Below are positions 22,413 to 30,702 of a DNA stretch of 64,000 bases, piece by piece. Origin of the DNA: a plasmid; the sequence record NZ_CP044066.1; one strand, given 5' to 3'. The translations under genes were made by a program, and so were the position numbers. How positions within the stretch are numbered: the stretch's first letter is position 1; the number at the start of each line of letters is the position of its first letter. Under the pieces are notes generated by a model. It made no database searches. It was given only the letters and a program-made list of their open reading frames with translations, and was not told the DNA's origin.

Positions 22413-22817
22413 CTAAGACAGATTAACTGCAATTCGCCGCGGCCTCGCTTCCTCGCGCCGAGCGATAGTCAGCTTCAGGACGCCGTCCTTCAGTTGCGCG
22501 TCGATGTGCCCAGCATCCAGATCAGGGCTCAACGAGAATGACCTCGCAAAGTGCGGCTGACGAATTTCCGCATGTTGCACGCGGAGCCCCGATGGCGTGG
22601 CCACGACCGCTTGTCCTTCGATGTGCAATGCGCCGTCATTGAAACTGACCTGGAGGTTTTCCCGGCTCACGCCCGGGAGGTCAGCCCACAGCGTGACGCC
22701 ATTAGCGTCTTCCACGATGTCCACGGCCGGTACAACAGTGACTCGCGGCGCGCCCTTGTCTTCGGCGCGTTGAGCAATCGCACTGCCATTACGTTGCGCA
22801 AGTTGGGTGTCGTTCAT
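22413..22817 (-). CDS. Hsp20/alpha-crystallin family small heat-shock protein
   Basis: PAVDIVEDANGVTLWADLPGVSRENL...KDGVLKLTIARRE. Confidence 0.8.
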   Translation of the reverse strand: MNDTQLAQRNGSAIAQRAEDKGAPRVTVVPAVDIVEDANGVTLWADLPGVSRENLQVSFNDGALHIEGQAVVATPSGLRVQHAEIRQPHFARSFSLSPDLDAGHIDAQLKDGVLKLTIARREEARPRRIAVNLS

Positions 22818-22833
22818 GACAGCCTCCGTGACG

Positions 22834-23274
22834 TTACTGTACAGAGATCGCGCGTGGCTTCGATGCCTCTCTTTTGCCCACGCTCACCGAGAGACAACCG
22901 TTGGCATACCGGGCCTGAACTTTGTCGGGATCGGCGCTGTCGGGCAGTTCCACCACCCTTCTGAACCCGCCGACAAAGCGTTCCTGGGCGTAATGTCGAA
23001 ACTCCGGCATGGAGTCTTGCCAGAGTGGTCGTCGTTCACCGCTGATCGTCAACAGCCCGCGGTCGATGGTGACTTCGATGTCTTCCTGCTTGAGCCCAGG
23101 CGCAAAGGCCACGATCTCGATAGAGTCGTCCGTTGTCCCAATGTTGATCGCAGGAAATGCGCCGGCTCGCCCGGCGCGGATGCTGGACGGAAACCCGCCG
23201 AACAGGCTCGTCATCTGCCTTTGCAAACGATCGAAGTCACTGAAAAGGTCGGCTCCGTAGAGTGCGTCAGTCAT
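22834..23274 (-). CDS. Hsp20/alpha-crystallin family small heat-shock protein
   Basis: PAINIGTTDDSIEIVAFAPGLKQEDIEV...ANGCLSVSVGK; ATG 23274. Confidence 0.8.
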   Translation of the reverse strand: MTDALYGADLFSDFDRLQRQMTSLFGGFPSSIRAGRAGAFPAINIGTTDDSIEIVAFAPGLKQEDIEVTIDRGLLTISGERRPLWQDSMPEFRHYAQERFVGGFRRVVELPDSADPDKVQARYANGCLSVSVGKREASKPRAISVQ

Positions 23275-23440
23275 GGTCGTATCCTCCTGTAACGCGCAGC
23301 GAGGAGTGAAGGGCATCACGCGCTCCCATTCACCTGCCTCACCGCTGGCAAACAAACAGAAACACGCAGCGCGACATCGCGACTGCCTGAGCGGAAATAA
23401 AAATAGCAACAGTAAGCGACGATTTCAAGAGTCTAATAAA

Positions 23441-24532
23441 TCACTCATTCAGTATCATCGCGGGGGCGATGTGGATCGTCAATGTCGGAATCTTCCCCGT
23501 CTTGAAGGACCACGAGAAACTCACCGGCTGGCCGGCGCGTCGCCCTGAAAAGGTGGCGGTGTAAGTTTCACGGGCAGCGAGCTGCGCCAGTGGCAACAGA
23601 AATGCAGCATTATTCCGAACATAAGCATCAGCCAATCCTTCAGAACCATCCCCCTTTGCCGCGGGCAACACCAGGATCCTTGCCGGTACGGCGACACCGT
23701 CTGAATTGACGATCTTGAACGTCCCAACCGACAGGACCTCTCCAAACGCCCCATTTGCATAAACCATCAGCGGGCGGCCCGGCGTCTTCAGGTCCGGAGC
23801 AGGATCAGGTGTCTCACTGTCAGCGTTAAAGGCGGGATCTACGTCCGTTTCGCCGTTATGCGGTACTGTCACGAGCAACCCGACATCAAATTGCTGGCCG
23901 CCAACATAGGGCACGCCATTTGGAGCGGGGTCTGCCTGCGCAGCGGTCGACGTTCCGAAATCCAGCACGCAGAGGTTCAGCCCAAGAGCCCCCCTATGGC
24001 TGTAGCCGACGCCTACGGACTCCTGATTACCAACCAGCGACTGCAAGTGGTACACCGTGTGATACAGCTGCCGGAAGCACTTCTCCCCGATGTCGCTATC
24101 ATTCCCACCCTTGGCCGCCGCGACAACCTCTCCCACCCACTGCGCCGCTGGTGCGCCAGCCTTGCGTGCCCTAGACAGCGGGCTGACCTCATAGAAGTCG
24201 GGATTCTCGACGGCCTCATCGTGCTGAGCCAGACTATTGCTGCTCAGGTAGACCGCATGGGCCTGCGCCGCGGCATCGAGGGTCGCGTCCTGCATCAGCA
24301 AGCCCACACCCAGCTGTTCACGTAGCGCGTTTATCGCCTTATACAGAGCAAGGTGTCCTGAGTCTTTTGCATAAGTCGGATCGGAAATGCTCTTGCGAAG
24401 AGTAAAGTCTCCGGGTGCCGGTGAGCTCGCGGAACTTACCGGAGCATCGCCCACCGGCGCTGAAGCGCTGGCAGAGCCGACCCATAGTGCGCTCGCCACA
24501 AGCCCCGGCAGATAGAAGGCCTTGTCGTTCAT
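23441..24532 (-). CDS. secreted CAP (SCP/PR-1-like) domain protein with C-terminal extension
   Basis: Signal peptide MNDKAFYLPGLVASALWVGSASASA; CAP-like pattern INALREQLGVGLL..DATLDAAAQAHAVYL...VGVGYS; ~130 aa extra C-terminal domain. Confidence 0.55.
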   Translation of the reverse strand: MNDKAFYLPGLVASALWVGSASASAPVGDAPVSSASSPAPGDFTLRKSISDPTYAKDSGHLALYKAINALREQLGVGLLMQDATLDAAAQAHAVYLSSNSLAQHDEAVENPDFYEVSPLSRARKAGAPAAQWVGEVVAAAKGGNDSDIGEKCFRQLYHTVYHLQSLVGNQESVGVGYSHRGALGLNLCVLDFGTSTAAQADPAPNGVPYVGGQQFDVGLLVTVPHNGETDVDPAFNADSETPDPAPDLKTPGRPLMVYANGAFGEVLSVGTFKIVNSDGVAVPARILVLPAAKGDGSEGLADAYVRNNAAFLLPLAQLAARETYTATFSGRRAGQPVSFSWSFKTGKIPTLTIHIAPAMILNE

Positions 24533-25147
24533 CGTGCCGCGTGTTCGTTGTCCAATAGCCGGAAGTGCTATCTCGGCATTACGGACACGCAGTGGGGTTT
24601 TTTGAGGTCGCGGCTTCCTAGTCAGTCGCAATTCCCGTGGAGCCGAGCGAATGCCGAGCTTCCGTAGATCCGATTTCGCTCAAACTCGCTAATGAGCTAT
24701 CCAGTAGCCACCCGCTCCCCGAATCCGCACCGGCGGTGTGAAAGCGTCGGGGCGACGTCCAGATCAGGCCCGAGCTTTCACGCCCGCGCTGCGGATACGT
24801 CTTGCCGCAGCGCGGGCTGTGTCACCGACTGAAGACCAGTCGTGGTGCCACCACGTAATTATCGCTGCCGCCTCACTAAGAGTACGCGCGGCGAGGACGC
24901 CGGATAACTCCGCGCCAACCTCCGACCACCATGCATCGCCCTCACCGTCACTCGCGCTCGGGTCGATTGCTTGACGATAAATAGCTTTAACGATGTGGGG
25001 ATGGAGGAGAGCCGTCATTCGCGGATAGTTGGGTAGTAGTTTGGGTCCACGGCATCAGGCGTTAATGAGGAATCGACTGCGTTTCTTGCAGGCGATCCAG
25101 CCAGGCTCACGCCCGCGGCCTGACCAAGTCTTTCCTGTCTTAGGGTC

Positions 25148-25360
25148 CTAATACAGCGCTACAGGCACAGCCATGTGAGTGCTCTTGCTACCCGGCTTCC
25201 TGCCTCGCCGCCTCATAATGATGTCATCAGGCAAGAGGCTATGTTGGGCCATCAGCTCTTGGATGCGCGCAATCACCGCACCGACCTCCTGCTCACGCAT
25301 CGCTGCGATTCGTTGTTCAAGCTCGGCGCGTTGCGCGAGAAGTTCCTTGCATGTGGACAT
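25148..25360 (-). CDS. truncated H-NS-like protein (N-terminal dimerisation region + AT-hook-like RGRKPG, no C-terminal DNA-binding domain)
   Basis: MSTCKELLAQRAELEQRIAAMREQE... matches N-terminal coiled-coil of Burkholderiales H-NS-like proteins; ends at 70 aa right after RRRGRKPGSKS. Confidence 0.5.
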   Translation of the reverse strand: MSTCKELLAQRAELEQRIAAMREQEVGAVIARIQELMAQHSLLPDDIIMRRRGRKPGSKSTHMAVPVALY

Positions 25361-26165
25361 ATGCTCCCCTGTCTGTGTTCAGTGGTAGCGCGATGGAAAC
25401 TGTCGGCAAGACTAATCCGAGCCCGAGCTTGAATCCGGCGCCTTCCACAACTTGCAGGCTCGGCAACCTCACTCTATGCAGGAGGACCCCAGTTGAAGCA
25501 ATTTCGATCGTCGAGATCTCCTTTAATTACAGCACAGTGATCGACGAACGGAAAATGAGCGGGCGTGGAGTTCGTTACCGCTCCACTCCGCTCCGCTCCG
25601 GAGCAACTTGCTCCTTGAACTGGCTAGAATAGCAATCAAGCGGAACTGCGCACCACAAGATTCAGCTGGTCTAGGACAGGCGCCCAGTCGGCGTCATCAG
25701 TGAACTAGTCGCGTAGCAAGGCTGCCTGAGAATACGTCCAAAAGGAGGCCTCGCACAGGTTGATGCTGCGTGGCAAAGGAGAATGGACGGCAAGGAACTT
25801 CGCGATCGAGACTTCGTGGCGGGTAGCCCGAGTTGAGCAAAGAGGTCGCCGAAGGTCGGAAACTGCTGCGTCATGATGCGTTTCTCAATGAGAGTACGCG
25901 CCTCTGATTCCTGTCGTCCTGCTTGCCGATAACAACATTGTACCTGCCGACGGCGCGCGATCAAGGCACAAACCTTGAAAGTGCCAGCCAAGACGCCGAG
26001 GGAGGACGAAGTGTGTGGGTCGTGAATCCTGTCGCGAAGGCGACGGCGGCCGTTTTTTAGGGTGCGGCCGAGTTTTTGGTTGCGTATCTTAGCGGTGTGC
26101 GCCCGTCACCTGCGTGATCGTTCATGGTGGCGCAGCTTTGATGCCGCGCCACCGCTCGTGTGACA

Positions 26166-26864
26166 TCAGTATTCGGTCACCGGCGCGTGGACCGGTGCGA
26201 TCGATGCGTGCGGGGTCTGCGTGCGCTGGGCGGCCTTGTGGACCATCGTGTAGGCGTAGTCGATGCCCATGCCGTAGGCGCCCGAGTGTTCCTTGGCCAG
26301 GCCCGTCACGGCATCGTACGTTTCCTTGTTCTTCCAGTCGCGCTGCCACTCGAGCAGCACCTGCTGCCACGTCACGGGCACCACGCCGGCCTGGATCATG
26401 CGCTGCATCGCGTAGTCGTGCGCTTCCTTGGTCGTGCCGCCCGAGGCGTCGGCCACCATGTAGATCTCGTAGTCGCCTTCGAGCATCGCGCTCAGCGCGA
26501 AGGTCGTGTTGCAGACTTCGGTCCACAGGCCGGCCACGACGATCTTCCTGCGGCCATTGGCGGCCAGCGCGTCACGCACCTTCTGGTCGTCCCACGAGTT
26601 CATCGAGGTGCGCTCCAGCGTTTCCTTGCCGGGGAACACGTCGAGCAGCTCGGGGTAGGTGTAGCCGGAGAACGAATCGGACTCGACCGTGGTGATGGTG
26701 GTCGGCACGTCGAAGATCTTTGCTGCCTTGGCCAGGCCCACGACATTGTTCTTCATGGTCTGGCGGTCCATCGACTGCACGCCGAAGGCCATCTGGGGCT
26801 GGTGGTCGATGAAGATCAGCTGGCTGTTGCGCGGGGTCAGGACTTGCAGCTTGGCGTTCGACAT
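26166..26864 (-). CDS. isochorismatase-family cysteine hydrolase (YcaC-like)
   Basis: 232 aa; LIFIDHQ...; VVAGLWTEVCNT (catalytic Cys); typical isochorismatase-fold order D..K..C. Confidence 0.8.
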   Translation of the reverse strand: MSNAKLQVLTPRNSQLIFIDHQPQMAFGVQSMDRQTMKNNVVGLAKAAKIFDVPTTITTVESDSFSGYTYPELLDVFPGKETLERTSMNSWDDQKVRDALAANGRRKIVVAGLWTEVCNTTFALSAMLEGDYEIYMVADASGGTTKEAHDYAMQRMIQAGVVPVTWQQVLLEWQRDWKNKETYDAVTGLAKEHSGAYGMGIDYAYTMVHKAAQRTQTPHASIAPVHAPVTEY

Positions 26865-27421
26865 GGTTCCTCTCCGGAAAAAGGTAATTCAATAAGTTTG
26901 AGGTTGTTGTTGGCAGTGCTGGCTGTTGCTGCGCTGTCCATGGGTTGAACTATAGCGGTCGCCCTCCCGGAGAAAGTCGGCTATCGCTGTCATAGTTATT
27001 CAAAAAAATTGAATATTTGTAATGCGAACGACTCAGCGGAAAAGCCGCCCCCGCGTCGGTCGGAGAAGGCGTCAACAACAGTCGTTGGCGCTTATTAATC
27101 CCTTGGCCTCGCCCCCGAAAGCAGTTCACGCTTGGGCCGGCCAGCAATCGGACAGCTAACCGTATTGCCGCCACTATCGAGGCCGCAGATATCCAAGTGT
27201 GATTCCGCTTTTCATCCTATGCATGCCGCCTCAAACTTTCGAGGTCCTGACGAGACGACTGATGGCACATTCGGATAGCTGCCAAGGTCACCATACTCTC
27301 GCGTGGGGATCTACGCCCTTAGCTATCATCGCTGCGCCAATTACTTCCTGCGCCCGATTTTCCAGAGCAACATCGACTAGGCTCGGTCAAACGCCGTCCC
27401 GTATAGCCTGTCGCACCGTGA

Positions 27422-28474
27422 CAAACAATTCCGATAAAGCATCGCCCCGCGGTAGCTTCCCTTGCCCGCCTTCATGCCGCGACCAGGCTGCAGGGCTTCG
27501 TCTGCCACACGGCCGTATGGCACAGCGTCAGCGCGACGGTTATCCTCGAATGTGCCAACGGCCATCAATTCGAGCGCCGCGCGTATGGCGTCCTATACAA
27601 GGAGTCCAACTGCCCCGAATGCAGCCGCGCCAGCATTGCGGCGAAGTTCGCCGCCGTCGTAGCCGCTCGAGGCGGCAAGTGTCTGAACCAAGGGGGCTTT
27701 CTCGGCGGAGCGGCTATCCACAGAATCCGCTGCGAGCGCGGCCATGAATGGGCTCCGGAGGGCCGCAGCGTATTGGCTGGCTATTGGTGTCCCCGCTGCG
27801 CGGGCAAGCCGATCAAGCCGGCCTCGCAAGCTCGCGCTTCGAAGTACGGTCTCGCCGATCTACAGGCGGCAGCCGCTACTCGCGGGGGTAAATGTCTCGC
27901 GACAACTTGGAAGACGGGGCGCGATCACTACTCATTCGAATGCGCAGCTGGCCACCGCTGGAACGCGATGGGCTATAAGGTACTCAGGCAGGGGAACTGG
28001 TGCCGAGCGTGCACCGACGCGAAACTTGGAGCGCAAAGGAGCAATCCCGACGGCTTGGCGCGCGTACGCGAGATCGCCCAAGCGCGCGGTGGCCAGTGTC
28101 TGAGCCGCTCCTACCACGGAACCAGTGCTTCTTACAGGTTCCGGTGTTGGGCCGGTCACGAGTTGGATGCGCTCGGCAATAACATCCTGCAGGGCGGCTG
28201 GTGCCGGCTGTGTCGCAACGAAGGACAGAAGCTGGGCATCGAGGCCATGCGCGCACTCGCGCGGGAGCGTGGGGGCATTTGCCACTCTGAGGTCTATCTC
28301 CACGGAAAATCCAAACTCAAGTGGGAATGCCATCGCGGCCACCTCTGGAACGCAACGCCCTCCGGCGTCAAGAGGGGTCACTGGTGCCCGTCCTGCGCGA
28401 TCCTCAATACTATCGACGCAAAGAATGAGCACAAGCGGAAGCGCTATGAGGCTGTGGGAAAAACACCAAAATAG
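27422..28474 (+). CDS. tandem zinc-ribbon (treble-clef-like) repeat protein, 5 modules, start codon unclear
   Basis: Five ~65-aa repeats each RGG[KQ]CL...Y.F.C..GH.W.A....L.G.WC..C; frame open from 27422 to stop 28474 but no in-frame ATG/GTG before residue ~117 (track ORF starts at TTG 27773). Confidence 0.45.
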   Translation, partial: QTIPIKHRPAVASLARLHAATRLQGFVCHTAVWHSVSATVILECANGHQFERRAYGVLYKESNCPECSRASIAAKFAAVVAARGGKCLNQGGFLGGAAIHRIRCERGHEWAPEGRSVLAGYWCPRCAGKPIKPASQARASKYGLADLQAAAATRGGKCLATTWKTGRDHYSFECAAGHRWNAMGYKVLRQGNWCRACTDAKLGAQRSNPDGLARVREIAQARGGQCLSRSYHGTSASYRFRCWAGHELDALGNNILQGGWCRLCRNEGQKLGIEAMRALARERGGICHSEVYLHGKSKLKWECHRGHLWNATPSGVKRGHWCPSCAILNTIDAKNEHKRKRYEAVGKTPK

Positions 28475-28560
28475 CGCTTCTTCACCGTTGCAAAGTGCAG
28501 GTCCTCTTCGCTAAGCTTTGCGATCCGGCCGCGTGCCGGCATTCTCAACACAGGAGCTCC

Positions 28561-28983
28561 ATGGCAACGAAGAAGACAGCCGCCCCGAAGACTGCGGCAA
28601 AGAAACCGGCAGCCCCGGCGAAGAAGGTTGCGCCCGCAGCCAAGAAAGCTGCAACCGCCCTTGTCGCCAAGCCGCTGAAGGAAACGTTCAACAAGTCGAG
28701 CCTGCTGGCACATCTGGTCGCACAAACCGAGCTGGACAAGAAGACGGTACAAACCGTGCTCGTCCACCTCGAGAACACGATCGCCAGTGCCATCCACAAG
28801 AAGGGAGCGGGCGAATTCACGTTCCCGGGCCTGTTCAAGGTGGCGGCCATCCAGGTGCCCGCGACTAAGAAGCGCTTCGGGAAAAATCCCTTCACTGGCC
28901 AGGACCAATGGTTCGCCGCGAAGCCGGCTTCCGTGAAGGTGAAAGTGCGCCCGCTGAAGAAGCTCAAGGATGCGGCCCTGTAA
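28561..28983 (+). CDS. HU/IHF-family DNA-binding protein with N-terminal lysine/alanine/proline-rich (histone H1-like) tail
   Basis: N-terminal MATKKTAAPKTAAKKPAAPAKKVAPAAKKAATA low-complexity tail, then HU fold (LVAHLVAQTELDKKTVQTV...FTFPGLFKVAAIQVPATKKRFGKNPFTGQ); CAGGAG RBS; followed by terminator. Confidence 0.8.
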   Translation: MATKKTAAPKTAAKKPAAPAKKVAPAAKKAATALVAKPLKETFNKSSLLAHLVAQTELDKKTVQTVLVHLENTIASAIHKKGAGEFTFPGLFKVAAIQVPATKKRFGKNPFTGQDQWFAAKPASVKVKVRPLKKLKDAAL

Positions 28984-29016
28984 AACGGTACGCTGCCCGT
29001 AAGCAGAGGCCTGGCA

Positions 29017-29040
29017 ATGCCAGGCCTTTTCGTTTGTACG
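29017..29040 (+). terminator. rho-independent terminator of HU-like gene
   Basis: AGGCCTGGCAATGCCAGGCCT hairpin + TTTT. Confidence 0.65.
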
Positions 29041-29049
29041 CCGTCCACG

Positions 29050-29086
29050 AAAAAAAAAGCCCCTGACGTCCGATTAGACGTAGGGG
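29050..29086 (-). terminator. terminator for convergent minus-strand gene
   Basis: A9 then hairpin GCCCCTGACGTC..GACGTAGGGG; on minus strand hairpin followed by T9. Confidence 0.55.
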
Positions 29087-29231
29087 TTGTTTGAAGGGAT
29101 GAGCGGCGCGCAAACTGCGCTCGCTCACTAACGGGCCCAACTGCCGCTTGACCCGTTAAATTGGCAAATGGAAATGCCCACCGTCCTTCTGGATATGCGG
29201 GCATTGGGATGCAGAGATGGTCCGCCCGACT

Positions 29232-29516
29232 TCAAGCCTCCTTGCGCGGCAGTGGCAACAGGCCATACTTGGCCAGCGCTTTCAGGTTGGTTTCGATGTA
29301 CGTTTCCATGCCATCGATCTTCACCGCAAGGTAGTGATCGAAACAGGCCGCGTCTTGCGAAACCTCCACGTTCTTGGCAGCTTGAAATGCGTCCAGCAGC
29401 TTCTCGCGGTCCATATCAGCGCCCATCCAGCCAACGACGCGGATGAACGTGTGAACCCTCCGCCGACGCGGCAGCAGCTTTTCGGCCTCTTCGGCCGTGA
29501 CAAATACTTTAGACAT
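29232..29516 (-). CDS. hypothetical protein (94 aa)
   Basis: ORF MSKVFVTAEEAEKLLPRRRRVHTFIRVVGW...; last gene before convergent terminators. Confidence 0.4.
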   Translation of the reverse strand: MSKVFVTAEEAEKLLPRRRRVHTFIRVVGWMGADMDREKLLDAFQAAKNVEVSQDAACFDHYLAVKIDGMETYIETNLKALAKYGLLPLPRKEA

Positions 29517-29558
29517 GGTTAGAGCCTTAGAGCAGGGCTAGGCCTGCATGGTTAACGG

Positions 29559-29885
29559 TCAATCCGGCCGAACATCCTGCCCTTCAGAAGGGGGATAAAA
29601 GCCAACGGGCATTTCGGTTTCTGCGTCGATGCCGTACTGGCAAACAGAACCCGTGCCGCAATAGCCACCGCCGCAGATCTGCTGGCAGTAGCTCTCAATG
29701 CCATGGGCCCGGAGTTGGGCAAAGGCTTCCTCACGATTCCGGTCGCTGGGATTTCGTTCCCAAGAATCTTTGGCAACATCGCCGAGCCGACTCCAGCTTG
29801 GTCTTCGCGGTCCATCCTGGTAGTTTGGCCGCGCTGCCAGATCGCGCTCATATGCAAGCTGCCCAGGTGACTTCCACAGATTCAT
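29559..29885 (-). CDS. hypothetical Cys/Gly-rich protein (108 aa)
   Basis: AAGGAAG RBS before ATG 29885; C-terminal CQQICGGGYCGTGSVCQYG cluster; track ORF over-extended upstream. Confidence 0.4.
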   Translation of the reverse strand: MNLWKSPGQLAYERDLAARPNYQDGPRRPSWSRLGDVAKDSWERNPSDRNREEAFAQLRAHGIESYCQQICGGGYCGTGSVCQYGIDAETEMPVGFYPPSEGQDVRPD

Positions 29886-29991
29886 AACATGCTTCCTTGC
29901 TTGAAGTTTCAGACCTACGCCAGGAGCGGGGTTATCCCGTCTGAATTGGATTGAATGACGCCGTTGCCGGCGGTTCCGGGACAAGCCGCGG

Positions 29992-30543
29992 CTAGCCGAG
30001 ACTTCCCGTCGACTCACGCGCGTGCGCAGGGTGCGGGTCGAGCGCCCGGAGCTCGCAGACAACGTAGCGACGCAGAATCTCTTCAATGGTCCGCTGTTCC
30101 TGGTCCACGAAGAACGCCGCGGCCGTATCGCCGCTGCGGATATCAAGCTGGCTCTGAACGGAGCGGCACGCCGAATTCAGAGCGTCGTCGACAAGCTTGG
30201 TAATCAGGTCGGCGTTGCGCTCATCGAAACTCGGGAGCCAATCGTCGAGCGCATCCATCACGCTCTTCACGGCTACAGCGAAAGCCTCGACGCCGCCCGC
30301 GTCTGACTTTGGGAACAACGCCGAGATTTCTTCGACCTCGCCGAGCACCGCTGTGATCTCACCGATCGTGACGTGATCGCGGACCGCGAGCAGGCTTGCG
30401 GCAGTCGGCGGGATGCGCCCTTCTGCGATGGCTCGCTGGATGTAGGCCGTGCCGCGCTCGACCGCGCGCGACACAAAGGCCTCCTGCACGGCGTTGAGCG
30501 TGGTTCGTGATTCGAGCGCATTGGGGTAGTTGATAAATTTCAT
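29992..30543 (-). CDS. hypothetical protein (183 aa)
   Basis: complete ORF, acidic/helical; follows SbcC-like terminator. Confidence 0.4.
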   Translation of the reverse strand: MKFINYPNALESRTTLNAVQEAFVSRAVERGTAYIQRAIAEGRIPPTAASLLAVRDHVTIGEITAVLGEVEEISALFPKSDAGGVEAFAVAVKSVMDALDDWLPSFDERNADLITKLVDDALNSACRSVQSQLDIRSGDTAAAFFVDQEQRTIEEILRRYVVCELRALDPHPAHARESTGSLG

Positions 30544-30642
30544 GAAGTGCTCCAGGAAGATGAGGATTGCCCACCGTGTTCAGTGGCTAGGGATGCCGCC
30601 AGCGGCCTTACCCGATGCGGGATAGACGCCAACGTGCATGCA

Positions 30643-30679
30643 GAGAAAAGAAAGCCCGCTCCCTTTCGGTGAGCGGGCA
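30643..30679 (-). terminator. rho-independent terminator after SbcC-like gene
   Basis: minus strand: GCCCGCTCACCGAAAGGGAGCGGGC hairpin followed by TTTCTTTTCTCT. Confidence 0.55.
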
Positions 30680-30702
30680 GAGTGAAGAGAGCCGCGGGCG
30701 AA

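Noticed and set aside
24764-25018. 84-aa minus-strand ORF between the CAP-domain gene and the H-NS-like gene
   Set aside because: No RBS and no recognisable domain; lies in a low-GC seam. Could be a decayed fragment but is unsupported.
25671-25991. 106-aa minus-strand ORF in the 700-bp non-coding stretch downstream of the H-NS-like gene
   Set aside because: Arg-rich with internal segments that look like frameshifted debris. No start context. Probably a pseudogene remnant at an island seam that I cannot assign.
26100-26165. 8-bp-stem hairpin (GGTGGCGC..GCGCCACC) after the isochorismatase gene, read as its terminator
   Set aside because: No T-tract follows on the minus strand. Noted only as a possible rho-dependent or structural element.
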